A model generated the notes under the pieces. It did not search any database. It saw nothing but the letters and a program-made list of their open reading frames with translations, and was not told the origin of the DNA. This document shows positions 38,641 to 49,143 of a stretch of 64,000 bases of DNA, piece by piece; position 1 is the first letter of the stretch; each line of letters starts with the position of its first letter. The position numbers and the translations under genes were made by a program. The stretch lies in NCBI GenBank assembly GCA_037131105.1, contig JBAXRQ010000001.1, forward strand, positions 765,465 to 829,464. The letters are read 5' to 3'. This stretch comes from a bacterium (GTDB lineage Bacteria > Patescibacteriota > UBA1384 > CAILIB01).

Positions 38641-39225
38641 TTAAGACCCCTTGATGACGCTGTCAATCAAACCATACTCCTTGGCCTGGGTAGCGGTCAT
38701 GTAATAGTCACGGTCGGTGTCCTTGTCCAGCTTCTCGTACTTCTGGCCGGTATTCTTAGCCAGGATGCGGTTCAGGGACTCCTTCAGGCGCAGTATCTCC
38801 TCGGCCTGGATCTTGATGTCGGAGGCCTGTCCCTCGGCCCCACCGAGCACCTGGTGGATAAGGATGCGGGAGTTAGGTAGGGAGATTCGCTTGCCCTTGG
38901 CGCCGGCTGAGAGCAGCACAGCGGCCATACTGGCGGCAATACCTACGCAGATGGTGGAGACATCGGGCTTGATGTGGTTCATCGTGTCGAAGATGGCCAG
39001 GCCGGCGTAGACAGAGCCACCGGGGCTGTTGATATACAGCTGGATGTCCTTCTTGGGATCCTCAGCCTCCAGGAAGAGCAGCTGGGCGTTGATAAGGTTT
39101 GCCTGGTCATCGTCAATGGGACCGCCCAGGAAGATGATCCGGTCACGTAGCAGACGGGAGTAGATGTCGTAGGCCCGCTCGCCGAACTGTGACTTCTCCA
39201 ACACGGTAGGAATGAGGTATGCCAT
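38641..39225 (-). CDS. clpP: ATP-dependent Clp protease proteolytic subunit
   Basis: [24 protein letters not shown]...INSPGGSV...[13 protein letters not shown]...H...D catalytic triad context. Confidence 0.85.
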   Translation of the reverse strand: MAYLIPTVLEKSQFGERAYDIYSRLLRDRIIFLGGPIDDDQANLINAQLLFLEAEDPKKDIQLYINSPGGSVYAGLAIFDTMNHIKPDVSTICVGIAASMAAVLLSAGAKGKRISLPNSRILIHQVLGGAEGQASDIKIQAEEILRLKESLNRILAKNTGQKYEKLDKDTDRDYYMTATQAKEYGLIDSVIKGS

Positions 39226-39403
39226 AGGGTAAATACTTAGGTGTATGCAATCAATGTAAAGTATACTTTACGTCTCGTCAAGAACAGGGCCTTTCATATC
39301 ACTTGACAGTACCCCGCTATAAGACTACGTTGAAACAAAAATTGGGCAGGTACTCACTGCACATGTTGATGGTACCTGCACCGCGCTCGAAAAAGGAGGG
39401 GTT

Positions 39404-39916
39404 ATGATACGAATTGACGGAGTTGGATACTTGAAGTGGAACGAAAAAGAGAATGGAAGCCCGTACTCGGTATGGCCATGGTCTGGCTTTGACAAAATCG
39501 GTAACCCCTCAATCCTGTCGGGGAAACCCTCAGTCGATATATCGAACGGATCCTCGTTGACATGGCTCGATCTAGTCTTCGAACTCGATCCACGTCATAC
39601 ATCGTCACTGACCGATTCGCCAACAGTGGAACAGGCTGTGTTCTCAGGAGGCCAGCTACACTATGAGGGGTCAACTGAACTTGATGCCACAACCAGTCAG
39701 CTCCCCATATGGCTCTGGCACGCGTTCTTCCTGCTGAGTCAACGGAACTACTTTGGAAGCGTCGGGTACAAGTTGGGCGGTACTTCCACTATCACCCTAA
39801 CAATCAGTACCCCCTTTCCAGTGCTTGATGCCGACATCTGTCTCGGCTTCATAGCAGACGAGATTAAGGAACTTGTAAGATACTCAAAGAGTATCTTACG
39901 GAAGGGACGCTCTTAG
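39404..39916 (+). CDS. hypothetical protein
   Basis: 170-aa ORF with a strong RBS AAAGGAGGGG, followed by a terminator. Confidence 0.5.
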   Translation: MIRIDGVGYLKWNEKENGSPYSVWPWSGFDKIGNPSILSGKPSVDISNGSSLTWLDLVFELDPRHTSSLTDSPTVEQAVFSGGQLHYEGSTELDATTSQLPIWLWHAFFLLSQRNYFGSVGYKLGGTSTITLTISTPFPVLDADICLGFIADEIKELVRYSKSILRKGRS

Positions 39917-39931
39917 TTTCTCACACACAAA

Positions 39932-39975
39932 TTAGCCCCGGTGCAATGCGCCGGGGCTAATTCTTTTTTGTTCTT
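39932..39975 (+). terminator. intrinsic terminator
   Basis: ttagccccgg-tgcaatgcg-ccggggctaa followed by ttcttttttgttctt. Confidence 0.6.
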
Positions 39976-39982
39976 AGAAAGC

Positions 39983-41191
39983 TTATTTCCCCTTGGTGGC
40001 GATCTCCACCAGCTTGTCTACTGCTAGGCGACCGGCATTCTCCTTGCCCTCGAGCTTCTCCTCTTCCATCAGCTTACCCAAGGCCAGCCCGATACGGACA
40101 TTCTTCTCCGCCTGAGGGCGCATCTCCTCCTTGATCTGGTCAGCCGTCTTGCCGACCTGCTGCAGGTAGGTGTCCCACTGGAAGTTCATCTTGGCCAGGC
40201 GCTCGCGGGAATCATTGAACATGCGCTCCAGCTCCTGCTCGATGAGGGACTGAGGGGTCTCGAACTTGGCCACCTTCAGCAGCTGGTCCAATACCTCCTC
40301 CTCCAGCTTCTGCTTGCTCTCCTGCTCCTTCTCCTCGTGCAGGTTCTTCTTGATGGCCTCTACCAGCTTCTCGTAGCTGTCATGGCCGAAGGTCTCGGCG
40401 AACTTCTCGTCCTTCTCAGGCAGCTCAACCCGCTTCAGCTCGTGTAGGGTCACTTCGAAGTCGGCCTTCTTACCGGCCAGCTCGCTGGAGCTATAGTCCT
40501 TGGGGAAGGTAGGATGAATGGTGCGCTTCTCGCCGATCTTCATGCCGATCAGGGCCTCTTCGAAGCCGGGAATGAGCTGGCCTTCGCCGATCACCAGAGG
40601 GTGATGCTCATTCTTCATGTCGGTGCGCTTGACGCCGCCTACGGAACCTTCGTAGCCCAGGTCGGCCCACATGCCGTCTTCTAGTACCGTCGCAGGCTCA
40701 CCCTCCTTAAGGGTGGCTTGCTGCTTGCGCAGGTACTCGATGGTCTTCTCGACCTCGTCGTCCTTTACGAAGGGCTTCTCGTGGTTCTTGATCTTGATCT
40801 TCTCGTAGCCGTCGATCTTCACCTTAGGAATGACATCCACCTCAACGGTGAAGGTCAGCACCTTGGTATCGTCAGCTGCGTCGTCGGCCGGAGCTACGTA
40901 CTCCTTTACCTCGACCTTTGGAGGCTCGACAGGAACCAGTTTAGCGTCCTGCATAGCCTCAAAGTAGACCTCGGAAATGGTATGGTCGATGGCCTCGGCC
41001 TCGATGCGCTGGCGGCCGACCTTCTCAATGACCTTGGCGGCGGGAGCCTTGCCGGCCCGGAAGCCCTGGATGGTCACGCCCTTGCTGACGTTCTCCAGCT
41101 CATGGCCGAAGGCATGGCGGAACTGGTGGGCGTTCGCGGTAATGGTAAGTTTGACCCGGCTGTTCGGGAGGTTCTTGGTCTCTGTAAGCAT
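39983..41191 (-). CDS. tig: trigger factor
   Basis: 402 aa; N-terminal ribosome-binding domain, PPIase domain, C-terminal chaperone domain. Confidence 0.85.
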   Translation of the reverse strand: MLTETKNLPNSRVKLTITANAHQFRHAFGHELENVSKGVTIQGFRAGKAPAAKVIEKVGRQRIEAEAIDHTISEVYFEAMQDAKLVPVEPPKVEVKEYVAPADDAADDTKVLTFTVEVDVIPKVKIDGYEKIKIKNHEKPFVKDDEVEKTIEYLRKQQATLKEGEPATVLEDGMWADLGYEGSVGGVKRTDMKNEHHPLVIGEGQLIPGFEEALIGMKIGEKRTIHPTFPKDYSSSELAGKKADFEVTLHELKRVELPEKDEKFAETFGHDSYEKLVEAIKKNLHEEKEQESKQKLEEEVLDQLLKVAKFETPQSLIEQELERMFNDSRERLAKMNFQWDTYLQQVGKTADQIKEEMRPQAEKNVRIGLALGKLMEEEKLEGKENAGRLAVDKLVEIATKGK

Positions 41192-41337
41192 GGGAGATCT
41201 GGGGGTTACAAGTCTTTTGACTCATTGCACTCTAGCAGGTTTGGAAGGGGTTGTGAAGGAGAACGTTGGCCGGAAAACCTTTCAAGGATCCACCCATGGG
41301 CAGATCCTTGATGAAATGACTAAATGATAGGCAGTGA

Positions 41338-41760
41338 CTACGCTGCAGCCGAGCCCCGTGCAAGTAGGTCGATGCCGTGCTTTTTGAGAAGCGCCCTCGA
41401 GCGTTCTCGAGTCGCTGAGCGCTGGTGCCTCACGTCCTTGGTAAGCAACTCGATCCAAGGCTTTGAAAGCGCCTTGAACTGCTGTGCGATCGTAAGCGCG
41501 TGTGGGAACAGCATCTCGTCGCCATCGGTCTCTCTTATAGCCGCATAAAGCTCGTCTGAGCAGGTTTCGGCCTGCATGGACAGGGCGGCTTCGGCTGCTT
41601 GCCTGACACTTACTTCATCGTACTGAAGCAACTCGATGAGAACTCCCCGAATCTCCAGCACTTCTACATTGGCGGCGGTCAGCCCGTTCATTAAGTTGAG
41701 AAGAGCGCCAATGTTCTCTTCTTCTATTGCCGCATCAAACCTTGCAATAATGTCTTCCAC
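41338..41760 (-). CDS. hypothetical protein (HEAT-like helical repeats)
   Basis: 140-aa ORF; GTG start with AGGAGGG 5 nt upstream. Confidence 0.5.
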   Translation of the reverse strand: MEDIIARFDAAIEEENIGALLNLMNGLTAANVEVLEIRGVLIELLQYDEVSVRQAAEAALSMQAETCSDELYAAIRETDGDEMLFPHALTIAQQFKALSKPWIELLTKDVRHQRSATRERSRALLKKHGIDLLARGSAAA

Positions 41761-41925
41761 GACACCCTCCTAAACCAATCATCGGAACACTGCCCCGAAT
41801 CTATCTCTAGGTATAGCAGAACATGCCAAAATGTCAATCCTCCCCCTGTACAGAATGAACATTTCTGACTATGGTAGTAGCGTCAGAACGCATTTTTGAC
41901 AAATTTTGGTTTAGTGGAGACCCCC

Positions 41926-42624
41926 GTGACTGGAAATCTCAACGTTGTGGCAATCCCCCAAGGGGCCGCCCGCTTTTTTATGGATTTGCAGTGTGACCCT
42001 GACGTTCCCTGTCCAAGCACGGGAGAAACGAACGGCTCTGAGCCTGACCAATCCCGAGGACAGACCTACTTCAAGATCCCTCCTGATGAGTCCCACCTGG
42101 AGGGGGAGGACTGCTATAAAGGATTGTTCCATAAGGGTAGGAGTCGGTGGCTTCGACACACCTGGAATAGCCCTACCCTGTGGACGGCAACCGCGATAGC
42201 AATGATTCCCCCCTCACTCTGCGAGGGTCACGGCGACATTATGCAAGGAGCATATAACCTTGAAGCCGCCGCCCAGCTTCTCGGCCGCTTTGGAGTAGGG
42301 GCCTTGCAGACAGGCGCCTTGCGGGTGACTGAGGGAAAGAATGGAGCAGATGTCACTGAAAAGACTCTTTCACGAGGTGGCGTTCTATTTAGAGGAGGTA
42401 AGGAGTACAAATTTTTTAGTCAGCTCCCTCACGGGCACCCCCTGAGACTGTACCTGCAGGTAAAGCCTATCAAGGGCTGCAGCCCATCGCTCTCTGGCGT
42501 CGTGATGATGCTGGACTTCCGTGGCAACCTTATCTGCGCCTGCCATGTCGAAGGCGTCGCAGTAGTCCCAGGCATCACGCCAGGAAAAATTCCCATGCTC
42601 ACCACCAAGCCGATTCCCGGTTAG
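41926..42624 (+). CDS. hypothetical Cys/Gly-rich protein
   Basis: ORF in an otherwise gene-free gap; possible GTG start with GGAGA RBS; no recognisable domain. Confidence 0.3.
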   Translation: MTGNLNVVAIPQGAARFFMDLQCDPDVPCPSTGETNGSEPDQSRGQTYFKIPPDESHLEGEDCYKGLFHKGRSRWLRHTWNSPTLWTATAIAMIPPSLCEGHGDIMQGAYNLEAAAQLLGRFGVGALQTGALRVTEGKNGADVTEKTLSRGGVLFRGGKEYKFFSQLPHGHPLRLYLQVKPIKGCSPSLSGVVMMLDFRGNLICACHVEGVAVVPGITPGKIPMLTTKPIPG

Positions 42625-42695
42625 AACGCCCGATACGGACGCTCTACAACTACCAAGACCCAGCGCGAAAGCGCTGGGCTCCTTGTTTTATTGCC

Positions 42696-43829
42696 TTATT
42701 TCTTCTCTTCCAATGCCTTTACCCCCGGCAGCTCCTTGCCAGCCAAGAACTCCAGCGCAGCTCCCCCGCCCGTAGATATAAATGAAAACTTGTCATGCAG
42801 GCCCAGCTCCGAGATCATCTCGTCAGTGTCGCCGCCGGCCACCACTGAAGTAACGTCCTTTAATCCGGCAACGCATTCGGCTATCTCGCGACTAGCCGCC
42901 TTGAACTTCTCGTCCTCCGTATAGCCGAGACTGCCGTTCCAGAAGATGGTCTTGGCCTTCTCCAGATGTTCCTTAAACAGCTTGATGCTCTCAGGGCCGA
43001 TATCCATATACTTAAACTTCTCGGCCTTGTCATCATCCTTTACATAGTCAGGAGCCAGCACCAGCTTGTCGCCCAGCTCTTCGATGAGCTTCTTGGCCAG
43101 GTCTACCTTGTCAGCCTCTGCCAGCGAGTCGCCGATGTCCTCGCCCTTGGCCAGCAAGAAGGTATTGGCCATGGCTCCGCCGATCAGTAGGGTGTCGGCC
43201 TGCTTGGCCAGGGCCTGGATCACCTCGATCTTGTCGCTCACCTTGGCGCCACCCATGATCACCACGAAGGGATGCTCGGGCTTCTCCAACAGGCCACCAA
43301 GGGTCGAGAGCTCGTTTTCCAATAGAAAGCCCGGGCAACCGGGAATCAGGGCAGGAACGCCTACGATAGAGGCGTGAGCGCGATGGTCGCAGGCGAAGGC
43401 GTCATTGACGTAGACGTCGGCCAGAGCGGCCAGCTTGGCGGCGAATTTCTTGTCATTGCCCTCCTCCTCAGCGTAAAAACGCAGATTTGGCAGCAAGAGA
43501 ATGTCGCCACCCTTCATCTCGAGGATGGCAGCCTCAACCTCCATACCCTCGATCTCATGGGCCAGACGAACGGTGTGATCAGGGTACATGTCGGCCAGAT
43601 GCTCGGCCACCGGACGAGTCTCCAGCTCCTCTACCCGCTTGCCGTCAGGGCGGCCCAGGTGGCAGCCGATGATGATCTTAGCTCCCTGGTCGATGAGATA
43701 GTCCAGAGTCGGCGTGGTGGCCTGGATCCTATAATCGTCCTGGATCTCCCCGTCCTTCAGGGGCACATTGTAGTCAGGACGGTAAAATACCTTTTTATCC
43801 TTGAGGTCGAAGTCTTTGAGTGTTTTCAT
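42696..43829 (-). CDS. pgk: phosphoglycerate kinase
   Basis: Full-length PGK; N-terminal substrate-binding and C-terminal nucleotide-binding motifs. Confidence 0.9.
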   Translation of the reverse strand: MKTLKDFDLKDKKVFYRPDYNVPLKDGEIQDDYRIQATTPTLDYLIDQGAKIIIGCHLGRPDGKRVEELETRPVAEHLADMYPDHTVRLAHEIEGMEVEAAILEMKGGDILLLPNLRFYAEEEGNDKKFAAKLAALADVYVNDAFACDHRAHASIVGVPALIPGCPGFLLENELSTLGGLLEKPEHPFVVIMGGAKVSDKIEVIQALAKQADTLLIGGAMANTFLLAKGEDIGDSLAEADKVDLAKKLIEELGDKLVLAPDYVKDDDKAEKFKYMDIGPESIKLFKEHLEKAKTIFWNGSLGYTEDEKFKAASREIAECVAGLKDVTSVVAGGDTDEMISELGLHDKFSFISTGGGAALEFLAGKELPGVKALEEKK

Positions 43830-43834
43830 AAGGG

Positions 43835-44617
43835 TTATTTAGCGGCGAGGTCGTCGGCAATCTGGCACATGGTAAGGAATGACTTCAGCTTCAGGCTGGC
43901 ACCGCCGATCAGCAGACCGTCGATGTCAGGCTGGCTGAGGAAGCCCTGGGCATTCTCAGGTGCGGCACTGCCTCCATAGAGGATGCGGGTCTCCGGGGTC
44001 AGCATGGTGCGCAGAGCGGAAATCACTTCCTGGGCGTACTCAGGCGTGGCCGGGGTGCCGCTGCCGATGGCCCAGACCGGCTCGTAGGCCAGGACGAGCT
44101 TCTGCAATTGCTCAGTAGTAAGTCCGCGCACCAGGTAGGCCAGGGACCTCACTAGGTGCTCCTTTGAGTCAGCCGTCCGCTCGTCCTCGCCGATGCAGAG
44201 GATAGGAATCAGGCCGTTCCTAAAGGCGGCTACCAGCTTGAGGTTGATGAGCTCAGGATTCTCATGGAAGAGATGGGTGCGCTCGGAATGCCCCAGGATG
44301 ACATACTCAGCTAGCTCCTTGACCATCACGGGAGAGGTCTCACCGGTAAAGGCCCCCTCTTCCTTGTAGTGCATATTCTGGGCACCCAGCTTCAGACGGG
44401 GCAGCTGCTTGGGGGCAATGCCTCCATGGGCCAGCTCAGAAAGCCAGACTGCCGGCGGGCACAGCACGATGTCGATATGCTCGATGTGCTCGGCCTGGGT
44501 CCGCACGCCGTTGGCCAGGGTGTGGGCGTCGGCAAGGGTGGTATTCATCTTCCAGTTACCGGCGATGAGAGGAGTGCGCATGGGGAGGTCTAGGTGGTTG
44601 GTACCATTAGTATACAA
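43835..44617 (-). CDS. tpiA: triosephosphate isomerase
   Basis: IAGNWKMN, ...GHSERR..., AYEPVWAIGTG-like motifs. Confidence 0.85.
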   Translation of the reverse strand: MYTNGTNHLDLPMRTPLIAGNWKMNTTLADAHTLANGVRTQAEHIEHIDIVLCPPAVWLSELAHGGIAPKQLPRLKLGAQNMHYKEEGAFTGETSPVMVKELAEYVILGHSERTHLFHENPELINLKLVAAFRNGLIPILCIGEDERTADSKEHLVRSLAYLVRGLTTEQLQKLVLAYEPVWAIGSGTPATPEYAQEVISALRTMLTPETRILYGGSAAPENAQGFLSQPDIDGLLIGGASLKLKSFLTMCQIADDLAAK

Positions 44618-44931
44618 CGGAGGCGCTCAGTGCACAAAAAAGAAGCGGCCGCCCCCACGAGGGGGACGGCGCGATGTACGACTGCGAATTCGACTCTTGG
44701 GATTGGCGGTCAGTCAACCATAACTTCGATTGGACCGACAATCACCGGGCGAGGGACACCCGAGGCATACATCGCCTCAAATGCCGCCGTTACGATGGAT
44801 TCAGCGAGCATGCCGCTGTTTTCCCACAACTGCCTGTAAGGTTCAGGCAGAAAATCAAACCACTTCTTTTCCATGTCCCCTCCTCTAAACGATAAGCTTT
44901 TATATCCTTTTTTCTCTCAAATGTCAACCCC

Positions 44932-46347
44932 CTAGCTCCCCTTTCCCACCAAACTCTTCCGATGTACGCTCCGGTAATATGAAATGGCAAACCTATGCGC
45001 CTCTTCCCGCAGCAGCTCAGCCACCACCAGCCAGGCCTCACGCTCAACGGTAGGAATCCTTCCCCAATCCTCCCCGTACAGGTCTACCCGGCGGCGGGTA
45101 GGACCCTTGGCCACAGACGCCAGCGCCACCACCTCCCCCATCTCCAAATCGGTGCGGGCAGCCGTCGCCGCACTTAGCTGCCCCTTGCCACCGTCCATCA
45201 GCATCAGGTCAGGCAGCGCCCAGTGATCGCCCTCGCCCTTACCCCGTTTCAGCCTTCGGGTGATCACTTCCTTCAGCATGTCAGTATCCGACGAGCCCTC
45301 CACGGTTTTAATGCGAAACTTCCGGTAGCGGGACTTGTCCAGGTAGAAGCGCTTGCGGGCCTCGGCGGCCGTCACCGGCTCCACCTTACCCTTACGGATT
45401 ATGCCCACGATCTGGGAGCCCACCGCGTATTCCCCTGAGATATTAGAGATGTCATAACACTCGATGCGCAGGTCCTCTTGCGGGTTGTATTGGTAGAGGT
45501 CGGAGCGCTGCTGGTTCCCTAGGAAGCGCCGAGTAGTCGCCACTTCCTGTAGATGCAGCAGGCTCTGCAGACGGTCTCGCAGCTTGGCTGCCTGTTCAAA
45601 CCTCTCCTCCTGCGAGGCCTTCTCCATCTCGGCCTGTACGTCCTGAAGTAGCCGTTGGCGGTCGCCCCGCAGAAACAACCTGATCTGGTCGATGTTCTTG
45701 CGATAGTCTTCTACTGTAGACTTGGCGGCACAAGGAGCGTCGCACAGCCCCAGCGTATGGAAGATGCAGCCGTGACCCAGCTTGGCGTAGGTGTTGTATT
45801 TGGTATCGGTACAGTCGCGAAACGGCCAGATCTTCCGAATGGTCTTCAGCGCCTGCTTCACCGCTGAAGCGGAGAGATACGGCCCGAAGAACTCCTGGCT
45901 GTCGATCTTCTGGCTCACCTTGCCTACTCCGGCCCTGGCCCGATTGCGCTTGGCAAGTAGTTCCTCCAGGTCCTTCTCCCGGCTGATATAGATGGGAGGA
46001 AACTCCTCTGACAGATCGATCCTGATCAGCGAGAATGACTTGTCGTCGCGCAGCTTTATGTTGTAGCGGGGCTTGTGCTGGCGAATGAGGCGGGCCTCCA
46101 GGAGTAAAGCCTCCATCTCAGAACCGGCCAACTCATGATCGAGGGTCACCGAGTCCCTTACCATCTGCTCGAAGCCCGGCCCCCGACTCATCCCAAGGTC
46201 CTTGGCGAAGTAGCTGCGCACCCGGTCCTTCAGCCGTATCGCCTTGCCCACATACAAAATCTCCCCCTCTGCGTTCTTGAAGAGGTACACTCCCGGCTGC
46301 AGCGGCAGCGCGTCGGCTTGTTCACGTAAGGTCGACATATCTTTCAC
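44932..46347 (-). CDS. uvrC: excinuclease ABC subunit C-like (GIY-YIG, UvrC central and RNase-H-like domains; short form lacking HhH)
   Basis: N-terminal GVYLFKN...ILYVGKA GIY-YIG, UvrBC-interaction region, C-terminal endonuclease-like domain. Confidence 0.65.
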   Translation of the reverse strand: MKDMSTLREQADALPLQPGVYLFKNAEGEILYVGKAIRLKDRVRSYFAKDLGMSRGPGFEQMVRDSVTLDHELAGSEMEALLLEARLIRQHKPRYNIKLRDDKSFSLIRIDLSEEFPPIYISREKDLEELLAKRNRARAGVGKVSQKIDSQEFFGPYLSASAVKQALKTIRKIWPFRDCTDTKYNTYAKLGHGCIFHTLGLCDAPCAAKSTVEDYRKNIDQIRLFLRGDRQRLLQDVQAEMEKASQEERFEQAAKLRDRLQSLLHLQEVATTRRFLGNQQRSDLYQYNPQEDLRIECYDISNISGEYAVGSQIVGIIRKGKVEPVTAAEARKRFYLDKSRYRKFRIKTVEGSSDTDMLKEVITRRLKRGKGEGDHWALPDLMLMDGGKGQLSAATAARTDLEMGEVVALASVAKGPTRRRVDLYGEDWGRIPTVEREAWLVVAELLREEAHRFAISYYRSVHRKSLVGKGS

Positions 46348-46443
46348 TTATACCACAGCCAGAGGGGATATGGCAGGGTTATATGCTCTAGTAATCTACG
46401 GTGGACCTGTATACCATGAGAATATCATCAATAACGTGTCCCC

Positions 46444-47229
46444 ATGAAAAGCGACTCCGAACGGCCAGCCCTCTCTATCGGTTCTGCCATCTCCGAGAGC
46501 TGGGCCCGACTCAAGCCAAATCTTGGGACCTTCATCCTGGCCATGCTGGTCGGGGCCGGCGTCAGCTATCTGCTCTCCTACTTTGGCGGCATCATCAATC
46601 CCGATCCAGGCCATGCCAACGGCACCTCCTTCATCTTTTCAATCCTTTCGCTGCTGGTAAACGTCGTCTTCGGTATAGGCCTGATCCGCATGGCCATCAA
46701 GACCGTAAATGGTGAGAGACCCTTAGTTTCTGACCTTACCTACGCTCTGAGTGACGGCGACCTGTTCTGGCGCTACCTGGTCACCCAGGTCCTCCTGTTC
46801 GTCATAGTAACCCTCGGTCTCGTCGCCCTGATCATCCCGGGTATCTATCTATTCCTCACCTATGCCTTCGCCCAGTACTTCGTAGTGGACAAGGGCTCCT
46901 CCACCAGCAAGGCCTTCCACCAGAGCGCTGAGATGATGAATGGCAACCAGCTGCAGTTCCTAGGTCTAGTTCTTGCACTCTCCATCATCAACGTCATCGG
47001 CGCCGCCCTGGTCGGCCTTGGTCTATTCATTACCCTGCCTCTGACCGCCATCACCATGGTCCACGCCTACCGCCAGCTGAGCGGCACTCCGCCCAAGGCA
47101 GTTGAGAAGAAAGAGGACGAGGACGAATCAGGTGAGCAGCCCAAAATGATCAATGACATGGAAGAGAAGCCAGTAACCAAGGCCACCCCTTCAGATAAGG
47201 CCAAGACTGCTTCCAAGAAGAAATCCTAA
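46444..47229 (+). CDS. hypothetical polytopic membrane protein with K/E-rich C-terminal tail
   Basis: 261 aa, about 5 TM helices. Confidence 0.55.
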   Translation: MKSDSERPALSIGSAISESWARLKPNLGTFILAMLVGAGVSYLLSYFGGIINPDPGHANGTSFIFSILSLLVNVVFGIGLIRMAIKTVNGERPLVSDLTYALSDGDLFWRYLVTQVLLFVIVTLGLVALIIPGIYLFLTYAFAQYFVVDKGSSTSKAFHQSAEMMNGNQLQFLGLVLALSIINVIGAALVGLGLFITLPLTAITMVHAYRQLSGTPPKAVEKKEDEDESGEQPKMINDMEEKPVTKATPSDKAKTASKKKS

Positions 47230-47248
47230 GATTTCTAGCTACAAAAAA

Positions 47249-47278
47249 GCGGGACCCTCACTCGTGGGACCCGCTTTT
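47249..47278. terminator. bidirectional terminator between convergent genes
   Basis: gcgggaccc...gggacccgc hairpin flanked by aaaaaa and tttt. Confidence 0.5.
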
Positions 47279-47283
47279 GCTTC

Positions 47284-48519
47284 CTAGGCGATAGGTTCCA
47301 ATGACTTCACCAGCTCGTCCAAGGGGACGATGGTACTCTCGTCCGTAGCCATGCGCTTCACCTCAATGCCTCCGGCCTCCAGTGAACGCTTGCTGACGAT
47401 CAGCCGCAGCGGCGCCCCGATCAGATCAGCGTCGGCAAACTTCTCACCTGCCGTCTTGTCCCGGTCGTCGTAGAGCACGCTATAGCCGGCCTGCTGAATC
47501 AGCTCGTAGGTGGCCTCACCGTGCTGATTGGGAGTCAGGTCAATGACATGGACCCGATAGGGAGCCACCTCGTCAGGCCAGACCATCTTGCCGTCGCTAG
47601 GCGCCAATACCTCCACCATGGTCCCGATCAGGCGGGAGATACCGATCCCGTAACAACCCATCCAGACGTCGATCTTCTCACCGCTCTCGGTCGAGACCTG
47701 GGCGCCCATGGGTGTCGAAAATTTGCGGTTCAATGGGAAGATATTACCCACCTCAATGGCGCTTTCTTTCCGGACGTCGCCGCCGCTGAACTCGCGCATG
47801 TCGTCAGACTCTTCGTCAGTGACTACCTCCTTATTACGGGCCAGAGTCCCGTCTGCATTCAAGTAGATAGTATCCTCACCCACTTCGCTGACAACCTGGA
47901 ACTCGTGAGAGAACTTGGAGAACAAGCCCCCACTCGCTTCGGTCAGGATGGCGTTCAGGCCGCACCGCTCATACACCCGCTTGTAGGCCTGAATGGAGAG
48001 GTCGTAGAAATGCTTGAGCTCTTCCTCGGTGGCATGGAAGCTGTAGAGATCCTTCATCAAGAACTCGCGCCCGCGCAGCAGACCGGACTTAGCTCGGGCC
48101 TCCTTGCGGAACTTGGTCTGCAGCTGGTAAGCCGCCACCGGCAGGTCCTTGTAGGATGAGACGTATTGGCGGAACAGATCTGTGATGATTTCTTCGTGCG
48201 TAGGACCTAAGCCGCCGCCAGCTTCAGGCAACCGATACATGTCCTCGGCGTACTCCTCCCAGCGGCCGCTCTCGTCCCAGAGTTCCTTAGGCTGCAAGGC
48301 CCCCATCAGTACCTCCTGAGCATGGGGCAATTTGTCCATCTCTTCACGGACGATAGTTGAAACTTTCTGCAACACCTTCAGACCCATAGGAAGGTAGGCG
48401 TAGACGCCGGCCATCGTCTTGTTCACATAGCCGCCCCGCTGCAGCAGGATGGCGTTCTTACTGGTCTCCTCCTTAGAAATATCGCGCTTCGTAGTACCGA
48501 ACTGTCGTGACTGTCTCAT
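47284..48519 (-). CDS. proS: proline--tRNA ligase (short form without editing domain)
   Basis: Class II aaRS motifs; N-terminus GVYAYLPMGLKVLQKV...REEM. Confidence 0.8.
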   Translation of the reverse strand: MRQSRQFGTTKRDISKEETSKNAILLQRGGYVNKTMAGVYAYLPMGLKVLQKVSTIVREEMDKLPHAQEVLMGALQPKELWDESGRWEEYAEDMYRLPEAGGGLGPTHEEIITDLFRQYVSSYKDLPVAAYQLQTKFRKEARAKSGLLRGREFLMKDLYSFHATEEELKHFYDLSIQAYKRVYERCGLNAILTEASGGLFSKFSHEFQVVSEVGEDTIYLNADGTLARNKEVVTDEESDDMREFSGGDVRKESAIEVGNIFPLNRKFSTPMGAQVSTESGEKIDVWMGCYGIGISRLIGTMVEVLAPSDGKMVWPDEVAPYRVHVIDLTPNQHGEATYELIQQAGYSVLYDDRDKTAGEKFADADLIGAPLRLIVSKRSLEAGGIEVKRMATDESTIVPLDELVKSLEPIA

Positions 48520-48536
48520 GATAATGCTTTAGTTTA

Positions 48537-48884
48537 CTAAAATAGCTTGTTACCGATAGGTACTACCCTTTCGGGCTGGACCAATACTACCTTTCCGTGT
48601 TCATCGGCACATCCCAGGGTCAGGCTCTCGGACAAAAACGGCCCGATCTGCTTGGATGGGAAATTCACCACACCCATCACCAGCTTTCCCGGCAGCTCCT
48701 CAAGTGTGTAATTCTCGGTGATCTGGACCGAGGAGCGCTTCTGGCCGATTTCCGGCCCGAAGTCGATGGTCAGCTTATAAGCAGGCTTCCTGGCCTCCAG
48801 AAAATGCTCAGCCGAAACCACCCGGCCGACCCGGATATCCACTTTCTCGAACTCGTCGTAGGTGATCATAAAAACAATTACCAA
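48537..48884 (-). CDS. tRNA-binding protein (CsaA/EMAP-like OB-fold)
   Basis: FEKVDIRVGRVVSAE... tRNA-binding domain signature. Confidence 0.65.
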   Translation of the reverse strand: MVIVFMITYDEFEKVDIRVGRVVSAEHFLEARKPAYKLTIDFGPEIGQKRSSVQITENYTLEELPGKLVMGVVNFPSKQIGPFLSESLTLGCADEHGKVVLVQPERVVPIGNKLF

Positions 48885-49091
48885 TCAAAAAAGCTCGTCG
48901 TCGTCGACTTCCTAAAAGGAAATCTGACAAGGACGAGACTACTCGTGGTACCACCTTGCTTCGCGATGCCCTGCATCGCCTCATTGGGCCTGATAACGGT
49001 GGCTACCGGAACCGCTCATCGCGGCCAGCTCCAGGGCGGGGGACCCTTTCATTGCTTTGGGGTTACAATACGGCCTTTGCATACGACTGTC

Positions 49092-49133
49092 AAGAAATAA
49101 AAAGGAGGCGTGCCAGCAAGCTGACGCGCCTCC
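49092..49133 (-). terminator. intrinsic terminator after the 49144..50145 gene
   Basis: ggaggcg...cgcctcc hairpin followed on the minus strand by TTTTTATTTC. Confidence 0.55.
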
Positions 49134-49143
49134 CCTAATAAGA

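Noticed and set aside
40718-41327. Plus-strand ORFs of 197 and 116 aa
   Set aside because: Antisense to trigger factor.
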